Shown piece after piece: positions 12,015-25,464 of a stretch of 64,000 nt of DNA. The translations under genes and the position numbers were made by a program. The DNA lies in assembly GCA_036172245.1 (NCBI GenBank), contig JAYWIR010000047.1, positions 620,001 to 684,000 of the forward strand, read 5' to 3'. Numbering within the stretch: position 1 is the stretch's first letter; each line of letters begins with the position of its first letter. Origin of the DNA: Raillietiella orientalis. Its lineage: Eukaryota. The notes under the pieces were generated by a model. The model was not told the origin of the DNA, did no database searches, and saw only the letters and a program-made list of their open reading frames with translations.

Positions 12015-15000
12015 TCATTTAATGAGATTCTCAAAGCATATCCCCTTATAATTTTTCTCTATGATATAGTCCATGGTCCAAGTACTGGTGTAAGGATTCA
12101 AACATTCTAATGAATTTAGAAACCTTTTCCCTGCAACACAAAGATGGCACACATTAATAGCAAAGCATAACTCACCTGAGAAACCACCAACTATGTACAG
12201 TCTATCTTGTACCACACAGGCTGATGCATTGGTACGACATACCGATAAATATGGACCAGCTGTCCAAGAATCAGTGTTTGGATCATAGATTTCAGTTGTA
12301 TTGAGACAGTGCGTTCCATCTGAGCCACCAATAACCCACAATTTACCTAATAACACATTGATCTGCATCTGAAAACACTACAAGCCTACTCTGATAAGCA
12401 ACCATTGCATGTCCTCGGCGAGGAGTAATCATTGACTTTCCTTTCTTCCACTGCTCAGCTTTGACATCATAAATTTCCATTTGATTAAGTACCACATTCC
12501 AGGGTGAAAAGCCACCAGACACAAAGATATTATCCCATAACATCGCCACGCCTGCCTGGGACCGGCCAATCAGTAAAGGCTGCATTACTTGCCAAACATT
12601 TGTTTGACTACACCAAATGTTACAATGGGGTATGGCTGTGCGACCCACACATCCACCAATGCAGTACACTTGGTTATCAACAACACATGTACCTGCAAAG
12701 AAATGTATGATACTCAAATGGAGGAGCAATTGCAACTAATAGGATTAATCAACACAAAGGACAAGGAATTGCATCCTACCTAGAACTGGAACAACTTACC
12801 CCCAGCCTGGTCAGCAAGGCTGAAAAAGATGGGAAAGAAAAGATGCATAGGTGAAACCTAGCATGGGCAGCAGCCAAAGGAGCACAACCTGAAAGTGAAA
12901 GAAGAAGAAGGCTTTACTGGACAAACTGGTCACAAGGCAGCACCAGCAACCCAACCCCAATAGGTGGCCGGAGTCAGCTAAATGCTTGCTAGGTGTGGAG
13001 GCACTACCACAGGAATACGGAGATGGTATCTCACCTACGTATGAGCGAGCTTCACGGAGACGATCAACACGAACCCATTCCTGATCCTGGGGATCAAACT
13101 TCTCTACATCCAACAAATCAGCAGATCCATCACAGCCGCCAAATGCAAACACGCAATCTTCTACAACTGCTACACCACATCTAGCATGTGGATGCAGCAT
13201 GTTTGGGAGTGTGATCCAAGAATTAGTAACTGGATCATAAGACTCAGTCAGTCTCAAACATTTGGTGCGATCATAGCCCCCTAAGCAAATCTTGTGAACT
13301 TTTCCACTGCCGCAGCTTTTACTAACCACAAACAAACAGCTTTCCTTGCAAAGAGACAGCTCCAAAAGCACATCTTCTGGAAGACATTGGTGCCAACTGT
13401 TTGGAATTAAGAAGAAATTCCTCCCTAGTTGGAGACAACGTGGAGGAAAAACAATGAACAACAGAAACGCTGGTCAACTGATTCTGCAACATGACCAATA
13501 CCAGTGTGCTATTGGCTAGAAGAATCTCATGTAGCGCAATCTTCAAACTTTTCTACATACAAGACACTTCCTGTGCAGCAATGATTTTAGGGCACCAATT
13601 CCAAAATTTTTCTGCTTTCACAGAAGGAGTAGTCAGGCTTCTACTTCCAGTCTCCTTCTCTTTTGCCTGTTTTTCAGATAATAATGGTTTTCCAGTACAA
13701 CAAAGCTTACCTTTGCAATCAAGAAATCTTTGGATAGGCTACGGTAATCTCGCAACCGATCTGAGTCAGGTTCTTCCTGTTCTGTAATTTCTGTACAATC
13801 ATGAAGTGAATGATCTTCATGTAAATACAGCAAGTGAGCCTGTGCAGTGAACAGAAACTCTCAATCTTAGTTGTCTTTGCACTTGTGAGCTTACCTTCTG
13901 TTTCAGTTGCTCTATAGTGAAATCTTGTTCATCACTAACTTTCCTTAACCATTCAAGCAACATAGATGGAATCAGATGAGAACCTACTTCTACATCCCTG
14001 GCCATATGGAACAATTCCACCTGAATGCAAGGGAGTCCCCTGAGTTCTGGTGTCTCAGCAATCTGTGCCATCTAACTGAGCAAATATATACACATCACAA
14101 TTGACACTTTACATGTTGGTGAATATAATCTTCTAGCTGATCCATCAGTACAGAATCTTGCTCAGCTTCCTTCAAGGTATACAGTCCAAGACAGTTATCA
14201 GGCTGGAGACACTGTAGTAAGTGCTCCCTGCATGGTTCCGTAAGAGAATCTACTTTTAATTGCAAAGCAGTCAGGTATAAAAGTTTCACTTCATTGTGTG
14301 AAATGGTTAGCCTATATCAGCAGGTGGAGTGTTTGGAAAACTGGAATCTGTATTACCTGCCAGTATACATAAACTCCACTGTCTTCTCTACAAGATCTTT
14401 TTGCAATTCCTGTGGAAGTTCATAAGCAAAAGTAAGACGCTGTTCATTATAGTGGTTAAACAATTTGAAGAAGTAAGGAGAAGCAGATGCCAAGACAGCA
14501 CGGTGGGCACAAATCTCACTTCCCTGCAGCTGAAAGAATACAATAAATCTCAGTGAGCAAGCACAACCACCCAAAACAAACACTCTATGAAAGAAAAAAA
14601 AAAATATTAGAAGAACACCGAGGGCAGGCGAGGATCTTGTTAAAAATAAATATGCACAAACATGAAAAGCAAACAGTTTGTACTGTTCATCTTCCTTATT
14701 TTAAATCAAAATTCTGAATCAGCTCTAGCAAGAAATATCAATCTTATTTTTCTACATTCTGATGTGGATGCTTGAAGCAAGAACTCTTGATTACGGGATT
14801 TTTGGTATTTTTCTCTCAAATTATAAGGAGAATAATTTCAAATCACAAAGAAAGGTTGAAGTTAGGTATTAATGGCAAACCCAATTGCAGTGATGTTGAA
14901 AATGCTAATCAACAAATGCACACAAAACAAAGAAAATTGCACATGGTATCATATATTGGAAATACGGGTTAATCACTCCATTATTTATACCCACCTGAAC

Positions 15001-16426
15001 ATTCTCAGCACACAAACTCATTAAGCTATACACATAACATTAGCAGGGAGTAAACCTCATCAGACAATTACTGAATGTATGATTTTATGATTCCATATAT
15101 TTGTATCTAAAAACTTCCATCTTCAATATACTGATAACACCAATCATATAGCATTTGGGCAACAAGAGAGCAATGAAGTCAACGCACAAAAAACAAAAAA
15201 AAAAAAAACATGAAAACTGAAGAACCATTGAAAAACTCATAAACTCTCTATAGTGTTTGGCCAACTTAAGTAAAGCACAAAATAAGAACTTTTTGTAATG
15301 CAAAAATGCTGTACTTTCAACTTTTGTAATGTAAGGAATCCTTGGTCCAAATGAAAATACCGATGTTTCTGAAAAGCATCAAAGGAAAGACAACTTTTGG
15401 TATTTTCCAAAATGACTTCCAAGTAAAGGAAGAAGCACATGCTTTTACATGGTATCTCTAAATTTCAAAATCACAAAAACTTCATCCATGAAGATTATTG
15501 ATCATCATTCACTCAGTCCATCATTCATACACACTGTTAAAAGTATTGGGAATCATGAAACCAGAGTAGCTATCACTGCTCAATTTCAAACGTCCATTAA
15601 ACGCCGACCTACATGATAAAATTACTTACAGCAACAAAATACATAAACCCTGAAAGTAATAAATACATTAACAACAGGTAACACATGATGAGTAACTCAC
15701 ACTACAAAGTTAAAACGGCAGCACATAACAAAAAATAAAAATCCTTAACATTATGACTTGCTAACATTTCTACTAGCAACGGAGCCAGTTCAATTTACAT
15801 TTAATGAATTCATCAATTAAAAAGTGACACCTTCTATTATTTAAAGAGCATAGGCAAAATACACCAACATTTTGAATTGGAAGATTAAGATTGCTTTGGA
15901 GGAGAGATAAGTCCCCCCTGTTTATTATAAGACTTTTTTTTTTTTTTTTTTTTTTTTTAGAAACAAAAACGGAAGCGCAATTTTCGATGGTAAAAAAAAT
16001 ATCTTAAAACTTGCACAAGACATTTTTGTAATCGAAAACAAGAATGCATAGAACATGTGCAGTCGGAGAAAAACAATCAGATACATACGTATAACGTAAC
16101 ATCACAGAACTTATTATTCTTCCTCATGGTGTTCAGACTATGGCTCAAGTTCTCGACGACATCCGGGCTCTTGATCTCAAACATCGCCGAATCGTCGAAA
16201 ACATTAGCCGACTCTTTCGAGCCATTTTGTACCTTAAAACATTCGGTGCATTAATTACAACATCGACAGTCCTGGGCTGCGTGCGGCTAAATTTAAGCAC
16301 GCGGTGAGGTGGCAAAAATGGTGGTGGCAAATTTCCGCCGCGGGATGGCAGACGGCCACCCCCGCACTTGTGTGTGTTTTGTTTTGCGATCGTTTGCTCA
16401 ATACTTACTGCACACGTCACAGCCAT
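12015..16426 (-). CDS. IVNS1ABP: BTB-BACK-Kelch protein, NS1A-binding protein (NS1-BP) homologue
   Basis: Exon 1 MAVTCA (16426-16409); exon 2 16232-16089 (...LNTMRKNNKFCDVTLY); exon 3 from 14529 (LQGSEICAHRAVLASASPYF, BTB). Also LRGLPCIQVE, KIIAAQEVSSNSTLVL and Kelch repeats GGYDRTKCLRLTESYDP, GGCDGSADL, GGSDGTHCLNTTEIYDP, GGFSGKRFLNSLE. The BTB start and linker resemble NS1-BP specifically. Confidence 0.88.
12800..12888 (-). other. Putative frameshifting (poison) cassette exon of 89 nt, with an alternative 20 nt form, inside IVNS1ABP intron 13034-12693
   Basis: Strong acceptor ttcttcttctttcactttcag before 12888, second acceptor tcttttctttcccatctttttcag before 12819, consensus donor GGG|gtaagt after 12800. 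Both lengths are 2 mod 3. Confidence 0.6.
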
Positions 16427-18826
16427 CTCAATTCATGGAACTGGAACCCAAGTCTCGTTGCACCAGAAGCGAGAGGACACCTGGAGTTAACACTGGAGCT
16501 GCCCGCGCATCCCACTGCTGCTGGCAACACTTCCCACGGGGAGCGACACCAACACGCGCTCCGAAATACCAGCGGCACTACTGGTGGCGCAGGCAGGGGC
16601 CGCGCTCGCTTTAAGCCGCAGTGATAAAATTCGTACATGCGTAATTCTTTCGAAAGCATGCATTTCAAAGTTCTTAAGTACACTCGGCGATTAACAGGAG
16701 GACGGCCAGATGTGTACAGGGAAATCGCATGGAAGTTTCCTCTTCCTCTCCCCCGTCAAGCAGCATCCCCCCTTTCGGCGTGCTTTTTCGGCGAACACTT
16801 TTGCGGGTGGAACGCGGACGCCGACTTTTCCGCAGTGTGTTTGGGAAAAACGAAATAAAAGAACACCTCCGTACACAATTCCTTTCTCAGCTGCCATCCT
16901 CTTACTTGGATGAACAAACTGAGGGACCATTCATCGGAAACGAAGAGCCCAACGGAGTCTCCGCAGGCGGCGCCTCCCATTTCATGTTCGGTGTACTATA
17001 GTGGAAATAGAAGCCTCTCCATTGCACTTGGAAAGAGTGATTTTCTTTTCTTTTTTTTTTTCATTCTCCCTTTTTAAGATAAATTATTCGCGCTTGAAGT
17101 TTGCATTTACGTTCCTTCCGACGCATGCAGAATGACGAATTACATGGCAAACAGCATCTTGCTGCCCATCCTCCAGCCGACGTGGATGGTACTCGACTCG
17201 TGGCTTTCGAAATTACGATCGTCTTTTCCTCTCGTGGTTTCGACTGGGCAACATTTCAAGACAGCATCTTCTCAGGAACATTCGAGGAGGGATTTCATAT
17301 GGAATAAACAGGAAAACAATAAACCCACATTGAATGGAATCATTTAACTACAAGTTAAATGTGTGTTGCTGGCGATCGTGCAGCCAGTTGTCGTTTCAAA
17401 GGTCGTAACTGGGAGCGGAAGAACCGTATGCAAGAGGCAGGAAGACTTTGTTTGGAGAAATGCATCGTCTCATCCGGTTTCCGCTGTATCAGATGAACGA
17501 ACAGTTCAATTAGGGACTGTATTCGTTCTTCTTCACGACCCTCAACACGAAGGCGCTCCAAGAGTTTTTTTTGTTGTTCTGATTCTGCTTCATTTACATG
17601 CCATCCTCGACACTTCCTGAAACCACGCGCATGACAACAAGCATAGTTGTAAAAGAGCAACACTCGTAACAGGTGCTGAACCGTCCTTCGCTCAATGTGT
17701 ACTTCAGGAGTTTATTTGCGAGAGTGCAGGCAGAATTTTCTGTTCTTTGAAGCGGCGCGACCCCACCTGTGGTTTCTACCCGACGCCGGTTGCGAACATT
17801 CGGACCCTCGCAATTGCGCCCTTCAAGGCTCCCCACGCCAGAAATGCTGAAATGAATAGTCACTTCCGCAGAAGCCGGGAACCCTGTTCTTGGCACACTT
17901 TGCAAGTACTCTTCGATTCACACGATGGTTTGCATAGGCCAGACGGCCAAAAGTGTGATGGCGGGCTCTCAGGAACGAATTCTTCCTCCTTGCTGTCAAC
18001 ACAGTAAGCCGAGACTATTCGCTGGTCTGTTTTTTTCAAGAAGGAAGAGGACCTCATGAAATGCAATTCCACATCAAACTTATCTCCGCATCAGATGAAA
18101 GTTAATCCACTGGAGCACTGGGTGGGAAACACGCCGACCTTCACTTATTGATCAGCGCGTCTCAGAACGGAAAAATTGCGACTTTCGAAGCACCAAGATC
18201 TGCCGAGAATTCTTCTGAATTCCCGGCGAATGCACAGCAGCCTCAACATGCTTCGACCTTGCATTTCGCTCATTTGCTGAGGTGCCCCCCCTGATTTCGG
18301 AAAACTGTTCACCACATTTCGAGAAGGTCTCCCCCCGCCCCCCTTGTAACAAAAAAGAAAAAAAAGAACATGTTGGAGCCTTCGCCAGACTTTTTGCGGT
18401 GGTGGTGCTGGCTACTTAGAGGATACGAGTTTCGAAGTCAGAGGAAGCGTCCTGTTGCCAAGGTCTCTATCCCCATCCAGAGCTGGCCGTCAGCGTCTGC
18501 AAACCCCCATTGGTACCGCGGCAAAAGTGTCTCACCCTTCATAAACAGCATCTTTGCAACCCGTGGTTCTCACGATGATAGGGGCCTTGGTTTGTCGTTC
18601 AACACCCGGTTGCGCTCGGGGTATTTATTCAGCAGGACTGAACAAACCATCCAGGAACTGGCTTCCCCTGCTAAGGGATCAGAAGTTCGAGGGCTCCCCG
18701 ACACGCAGGTTGGGCACTCCGAAAGTCTGGAACGGGAAGGAGGAGACGGCAAATAAATAAATATGAAAACACAAGAAAGTTATTGACAGGGGACAGGGGA
18801 TCTTTGGTATCGGCCGTTCCTTCTTT

Positions 18827-19093
18827 TCAGATCTCATTCCTGACTTCTCTGAGCTGAGGCCACCTGGAAGCCGTCCTCATGTTGGAGGCTGCAATCCTGG
18901 TGACCTCCGTTGGGGCCGTTTGCGACTCCAACACAGGGTGGACCACGACTATGGGGCGGATGCAACTGATCGTTGCGATGACCGCAACTAGCGAGAGGTC
19001 GCCGCGAGTGAAGAAGCAGCGCATGATGTCTCCCTGGTTCAGGAGCGCTGAAAGCAGCCTCCGCCACAGTCCTTGGAGGGCACCGCAGCCGAA
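18827..19093 (-). CDS. Candidate terminal exon of an unknown gene
   Basis: Acceptor caatttctacag, then 89 mostly C/G-ending codons to TGA (FGCGALQGLWRRLLSALLNQGDIMRCFF...). No recognised homology. Confidence 0.2.
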   Translation of the reverse strand, partial: FGCGALQGLWRRLLSALLNQGDIMRCFFTRGDLSLVAVIATISCIRPIVVVHPVLESQTAPTEVTRIAASNMRTASRWPQLREVRNEI

Positions 19094-22000
19094 CTGTAGA
19101 AATTGAGCGAGAGACTCCACTGCTCCGCACCTTCGACAGTTCGGGAGGCAACTCCTTCGGAAACCAGGCTCTCGCGCTGATTGCAATGGAAACAACTCCA
19201 ATGCAACAGCAGAAGCACGTCCTGCTTCCAACGAAGGCGTAACACAGAGGTGTCCATGCACGAGAGAGGGACCACAAGTTCTTCGGAGGGGGGGGGGGGG
19301 GGGTGAACCACACTCGAAAGTTCGCTCCACTGAAGAAGTCCCTTGGCACAGCTGCGAGGAGTGGCGGCGTCTGCTAGTCTGGATCCTCCAGCAAGCGTGC
19401 AGGAGACCTTCCACCCCGCCGGTAAGCAACCGTCATCGACTGTCGTTGGGGCAGACAGCGCTGCGGCGAGGGGCGGGAGAGTGTTTTCAGGATTCTGTCT
19501 GCCTCCTCGTTTGTGTGCTGAACCTCTCCTGCGAAAATTGCTGTCTGTGTTGGGAGATCCTCTCATCCGGCCGAAAACGTCGAAATCAAAGGAAGGGGGT
19601 AATCAAGAATCTTTCGAGAGGTCGCGAGAGGAGCAAAAACTGAGCGATGCGAACGTCTTCGTTTGCAACTCGTGTCTTATCGTTTCCAGCTTCCCGCATC
19701 AGCACACCGAGGCAACCCAGTTCTCTTTGATCTTTGAGTGGTATCGCGATCGACTGCGGCACCTGTCTGAGCTACAGCCATCTCCTCCCCACTTCGGAGG
19801 AACATCCTTATGTTGTTTCATCTGCAGTGGGCTTGCCCGGACCCCTCGGCCACCCCACCTGGAGGTATCTCGCTTGCCCGGGACGCCCGCATCATTTGGA
19901 CCAAGGAGAAAGTGATTCAGAAGATGCCTCTTTCACAAAGCCCTGTGATCTCTAAGGCACCTCTCGTGGTTTCGATTCGCTTCCGCGCTTTGGTCAGAAA
20001 AGACCAAAGATGAGAGTCCTCTGTGAATCTTCGTGGCTTCGCGGCTCGAATCCAGCGCGCGCATCATCTCAGCAAATCATCCGATCGGGTTTTCCTCCCT
20101 CCTGGCCCAAACGGCGCGTGATCGCTGCTCCCCGAGAAAACGGGATGCATTTTTTCCCCCTTCATTCTCGGTTGGTTTCGGCGGAAAATTCGGGTTTTCC
20201 TCTTCGGAAGAGAAAATTCTTTTCCGGGAAGTGCGCTCATCTTCGAGGTGGTTTTCCCCTTTGCTGCCTCGAGAACACTCTGGCCTCATCAGAAAGCGGG
20301 GGGTGCTGATGTCTGCTCTGCGGGAATCTTTCTCTCCGGAGCGGCGATGCGACGCGAACTTCTTTGCGAAGCGTTCCGTCCGGTCGTTTCCTGGAGAGGA
20401 AGGGACGTGGCAGGAGCAGCGGCTGCCGAAATCACGGCGGGGACAGGTTTCGCAGAAATTCCGCCCTCGACTCCCGCTCCGACGCGGGTGCCACTGCTGG
20501 CTCTCTCCGTCGAGCCCGAAGGAGGTGCCCTGCCCTCTTACTGGGGCGGCGCGGTTCTCGGAACGCTCCGGGCTCCAGGACGACGAAGCGCAGATGGCGG
20601 CGCCTCTCGGTGACCTGCGCACCAAAGCGAAAGAATGCCGGGGGGAGCGTTGCCTTGGCACTTCACGTTGTCGTTCCGATAGTGGACTGGGTAGAGCTGG
20701 TCGGAGCAGACGGGGAGCGCGCGGAACTTCTGAAGCCGCCGGGAGCCCGAGGATGCTAAGGTAGGGAGGTTTGGCGAGACGGACTGCACGCAGAGCCGCC
20801 GACGCGGTCGCAGTCGCGGTCACTCGCTACGAGGGGGCAGTCGCGCCCCAGCTTTGGAGGTGGAGCGGGCGATCGATCCGCATGGACCGCGCGCAGTTCA
20901 TGTCGTCATTGTTGCTATGAGGCGATTGGTGATTGGCGTTGGCGAAGGAGCACAGTGGTCAGCGAGGATGAACCGGGGAGAGCATTTCAGAAAATCCCGA
21001 AGAACGCCCAAGGTGTTGCGGCTTCGGATCTTCCCGAGAGGCACAAAGCGGAGCGCGTTTCAGAATTCCCGGTGGTTTTCCCGGCTGGTGTGAAGGCGCC
21101 GAGCATCTCGAAAGAGCACGCGGCTAGGGCTCCACCCCATCCTCTCCGGAGCGCCCCGCGACTTCCGCCTCGCTTCCTTCCCCTGTGGGGATCCGAGAAG
21201 GACTGACGGCCCCCGTCTCAAAGCACCGCGGGTGTTTGCAGCTCGGACTTTGTCGCGAGTTGACAAACCGCACTGGCCGACTCCTCCCGCTCCTTTTTCC
21301 CTCCTTCTCCTCTCCTCTTCCTTTCCTCCCTCAGAGCGGGTTGCAGGACAACGCAGCTGGGGGGGGGGGGGGGGCTTCCGCGCGACGCATCCCGGTCGAC
21401 TCGGGAACTCCCTTCGTGGAAAACTTTTTCGCAGGGAACGGGACCCGCCCTCGATGCGAAATTTTCAGCTCCTCCTCCGTCCCTCCTCCGGACGCGAGGC
21501 GGCACAGGGCAACCACCTTCCGCTCCCTGTTTGGCGGACCAGCCGATTCCGGAATTCCGGAATCTCCCTTCCCGGACGAGCCTCCGCTCCGCTGCCGAGT
21601 CCAGTGATGCGAACCTCTGACGGTGTCCTGACTAAAATGAGAACGCGAGGGGGACAAGGTTGATTCTCAACTCGAGGAACTCGGTCCTCGAGAACACGCT
21701 AAATGCCGGAGGGCTTCTTGTTAGGGTTTCCCCCCCAGTCAGGTTTCCAAAGTCCTCGGAGGGTGGCAGCACTGGTGGGACGGGTTTGTTGGTCTCCATT
21801 TGCCTTGGCAAATCGAACTGGCGCTCCGTTGGTCTCTCTTCGTTCCGGTGTCTTCCTGTACGATTCCGGCGCCGCGTCGCAAGCACAGGCGGCCCTGAAA
21901 TTCCTGTTGTACACTTCGAGGGGAGCCTCGCTGCTATTCGTGCGGAAAAGAAGGGCGACTATCACTTCGGCTATCGATTGGACTCTTTAGAGGCAGGGCC

Positions 22001-24760
22001 TTCCTCAACACTCTTCAGCCGTCGTCCTTGGCGAACCGTCTCCGATGTTTCGGAGGCGATGCCACTCTGTCAGCAATCCTTCCGGCAATCCGTAGCAACC
22101 TCCGCAGAGAGGGACGCAGCCTCATTGTTAGGGCGTCACTGGCTGGCTGTGCCTGTTCTGGTTGCCTGAGCGTCACTGGGCCTGTTCGGCGCTGCTGCCG
22201 ACTCGTGTGAAAGGCGTGTCTCCGGCAAGCAATTTCGACTCGCAAGTGACCTTGCCCCCGGGCAGCGAAAGCACCTTGAGGACTGGTCCTCGCCATGTGG
22301 TTTTTTTCATGCATTTCAGCAAGCTCCTTTGTGGAAACAAATGGCCTTGAGCGTCATCTTGTGCATCTCGAAGGAAAGGTGACTTTTCCTCTGGGATGCT
22401 AGTAAGGGTCATGGAAGCCAAGGTGAGGTGGCGGCCCACGAATCCGAGAGAGCGCCAACGGCTGGAAACGGCGCGGCCTGCGTGACCGCGGCGCACAAGG
22501 TAAACGGCACGATCCAAGCACCTCGGGATGTTTTCCCCTCTCTCGATCGAGATGACCCGCCGTGCCGAAGACCGCGAAGAGATGCTTTCCGCCTGTTTCG
22601 AGGCGGCGGCCCCCTAGCGATGGCCGGACCGAACGGGATTTCCGAATCCTCCCGATAAGGTGCTGAGAATTTTCGCATAGCCTTATCGGGCAGAATGGAA
22701 CCGGCCGCAAGGATGATACGAGGGAATTCCAGAAGGAATGGCTGCGCATAGTGCAGGGGGGTGGCATGTGCACCGTGTGCAATCGCCAATCCTAAGTAAC
22801 AGCCCCACTGCGCTTTTGCGCGTGTGTGTGTGTATGTGTGTGTGTACACGACTGGGTCCCGCCTGCGACTACTGCGCCCCGCACCTCCTGAATTCTTCCG
22901 CCCGCTGATGGACAGTTAAAACAGCAGATGACATAAACATGGCAGGCATGCGTCGACGACCACGGGAAACGTTCAAGTTGCAGCAGCTTCCTACTCTGTT
23001 CGACGCTGGTTACGATCTCCATCTCGTGTCGTACTCACTCGACGCCGTGATCTTTCGCCTGAGGGAGGGCGTGCCGCGCACACCGTACGCGTACGCGCGA
23101 AAATGCCTGTCTACACAACCGCAGTAACGTGTGTGACTGTACATACCAGCGCCAAGGTTTTTTCCTTTCTTTTTTGCATACACAGCAGTGCGTGGACTCA
23201 GAATCCCCGCACTTGAAAATGATTCCAGGAACGAAAACGTGTTTTTTTTCTTTTTTTTATATTTAAAATCCATCGGTCACTGTTTGGCGGCACAGTCGCA
23301 CAGTCTATATTGGGTAATTGGAGACTGAAAAAGAGTGCCTTCCAGCAGCAACGGGGAAAGGCCCCCCAGAGTGGTGCACCCTTCCAGTGGGGAAGGAATG
23401 AACGGCGTACGCCCTACACGTGCCGTCAATGTGGCACCTACATTGAGCCTACGACTGAACTTTGATTTCGCGAAACGTTTCGAGCAGATTTCCGGTCAAA
23501 CTGCCCGTCCAATCTGACCATCGCAGTTGCTCCAGGTTAACGACTCCTTCGGAAGGCTTCTTTTTTTTTTTTTTTTTTTTTTTCCTCTCTTAGCGATCAG
23601 TTCTGGATGTGTGGCTGTCACCGTCATCACTGCTCTATGCATGCATTTAATAAAAAGGTATGTCTGTTTTTTTGTTGTGTTTTTTCTGAGAGGTGCCATA
23701 AAAAATAGTTTAATCTATTCGGTAATCACATATCTTAATCTGTGCTTAACAAAGGTCAGCTATTGAACCAGAAAAAAAAAAGGGGGGGGGGGAGGGAATC
23801 TGACTGGGAAGCTGATTGCGTACATTTTTTTTTTCTTTCTGTTCGCGCATGCTTATTCACGCATCAGCAGCATGAATGTACATGAGAAGCGCGCAAAAGT
23901 TTGCAAAAGGAAAGAGGGGAGAGAAAAAAAAAAAAAAAAGAAGAAAGGGAGAGGGGAGAGGGGGGGGGACGAACTCTGCCCACTCGATCGCTGCACTTGA
24001 TGGTTGACCCTTTGGGCGTACTTCCATCGAGCGGAATTTCATGCTGAAACCTGTTTCTCTTCCAAACTCCGAAAAAGTGGAGTCGGACGTGGTCCGCTTT
24101 CGGCTGCGCTTTGGCACGAGTGATCCCCTCCCCCCTCCCGCCACACACCTTGACCCCACACGGATGCCACGACCGGGAACGATTCCACCACGGGGGATTC
24201 TTTGCCGGATCGCTTCAGGCTGTTCCTCGAAGCGCGTGTTCCACGGTACTGCAAGAGGTACTGCGAGGCTTAGCAGGTCACCTCTCGGATGCCTTTGAAG
24301 AGCGGGGTCACCTCCCCAGAGGCTCTCGGTTCGAGCTGAAGGGAGGACGCGACTCGGAGTGAAGAGCGAGCGACCTGCCGATTCGCAGATTTCGGGATTG
24401 AGCAAACACCGCCCGATGAGCGAGGAGGAGACAGCACGGCGTGATGCCTGCACAGTAGCTGCATCCGTTTCGCGTAGTGGAGCGTCTGGCGCTCTTCCCT
24501 GGGATTTGCATGAGTGGTTCGCCTTCAGCAGGTGAAACGCCCGTCGCGCTTCGAGTCTGGCGCGGACGCAGGTGCACACCAACGATGGTGTTTCTTCCAA
24601 CGCACACTCTGCAAACTATACATCAACCGCCAGATGTGTGGTAGTGTCCCGCGGCGGGAGACCGCGGGACACCATCTTTTTCCCGGGAGGCGGAGGCGGT
24701 GTTCGCGGTGGCGCCACGACGAGTTGCGAGCGCAAGATAGCAGACGGACCCTCCCTGCGA

Positions 24761-25222
24761 TCACGGAGGGGGTTCTCCACATCCGTGTGGGAAGAGGATG
24801 CCAAGGCGCTCGCGAGGGGATGCCGAAGGCGGAGTCGAAGGCACGCGTAGGGTGCCGGGAGGGAGCAGAGAACACGTGACAGCAGCAGCGGCCGCGGCAT
24901 CGTGGGGACTACAGGTCGAGGCCGGCGCCCAGGTCACCGACGCGGAGGCCTTTCGAAGAGCGCGCGCGCGCTTCGCGGAGGTGGCGGCGGCGACTGCTCT
25001 GTGGCTGGCCTCGACGACGACCTCTCTCTTCGGCCCCATCTGGATGTCTAGGAACAGCGCGCGTTTGTTGATGGTGAGCTCCAAGGACGGAGCACCCTCT
25101 CGTCGCTGCTGCTGCTCGTGCTGTGTTTTAGGGGGCTGTTCCTCGGTTGCGAGCGGAGAATGAATTCTTGGGCGGGATTTTTTACAGGCAGGAGGAAGAG
25201 GGAGACAAAGAACTGATGCCAT
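24761..25222 (-). CDS. Candidate coding exon of an unknown gene divergent from the CASD1-like gene
   Basis: ATG-initiated ORF with a core of C/G-ending codons (SLELTINKRALFLDIQMGPKREVVVEASHRAV...). No recognised homology, and GC-rich DNA yields long ORFs by chance. Confidence 0.2.
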   Translation of the reverse strand: MASVLCLPLPPACKKSRPRIHSPLATEEQPPKTQHEQQQRREGAPSLELTINKRALFLDIQMGPKREVVVEASHRAVAAATSAKRARALRKASASVTWAPASTCSPHDAAAAAAVTCSLLPPGTLRVPSTPPSASPRERLGILFPHGCGEPPP

Positions 25223-25464
25223 TCGAAGCCCAAGGGGACCTCACGTGCCCTCCTTCCCACCCCCCCTTCACTCTCTCCCTGCTCCTCCTTCCGAAAGAGC
25301 TGTGGCGGCACCGGATCAGTGGCGATGCTGCAGGAGCCTCTCTGATGAAGATTCGCGTTACGGAGTCCCGGAGCTTGAACTTCGGGAGGGGAAAGAGAAG
25401 AGGACGATTGTCTTTCCCCCGATTCTAGTCACCCAGAAGACTGGCAACGGGATCCGAGTCGGCG

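Noticed and set aside
13560..13670. Apparent frameshift or slippery site (AAAAATTTT) in an IVNS1ABP exon
   Set aside because: Re-reading shows the frame is continuous (AEKFWNWCPKIIAAQEVS) with a normal 44-nt intron at 13710-13667.
15934..15958. Long homopolymers (T25 here; G16 at 19288-19303 and 21359-21374; A run near 36065-36085) as retrocopy tails or G-quadruplex elements
   Set aside because: No associated retrocopy or target-site duplication seen, and such runs are common throughout the window.
19984..20062. tRNA-like element (ctttggtc/gaccaaag hairpin plus ggctcgaatcc B-box-like motif)
   Set aside because: No cloverleaf with a proper acceptor stem, D arm and anticodon arm can be built.
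23301..23327. 10-nt match (aattacccaa, minus strand) to the nematode SL1 leader within a small hairpin
   Set aside because: Too short, with no adjacent donor or Sm site.
19900..24700. Many long overlapping ORFs of 100-250 aa, rich in R/S/P/G/A (likewise 27300-31900 and 32550-33400)
   Set aside because: Expected from stop-codon scarcity in GC-rich DNA. They occur in all six frames with no recognisable domains.
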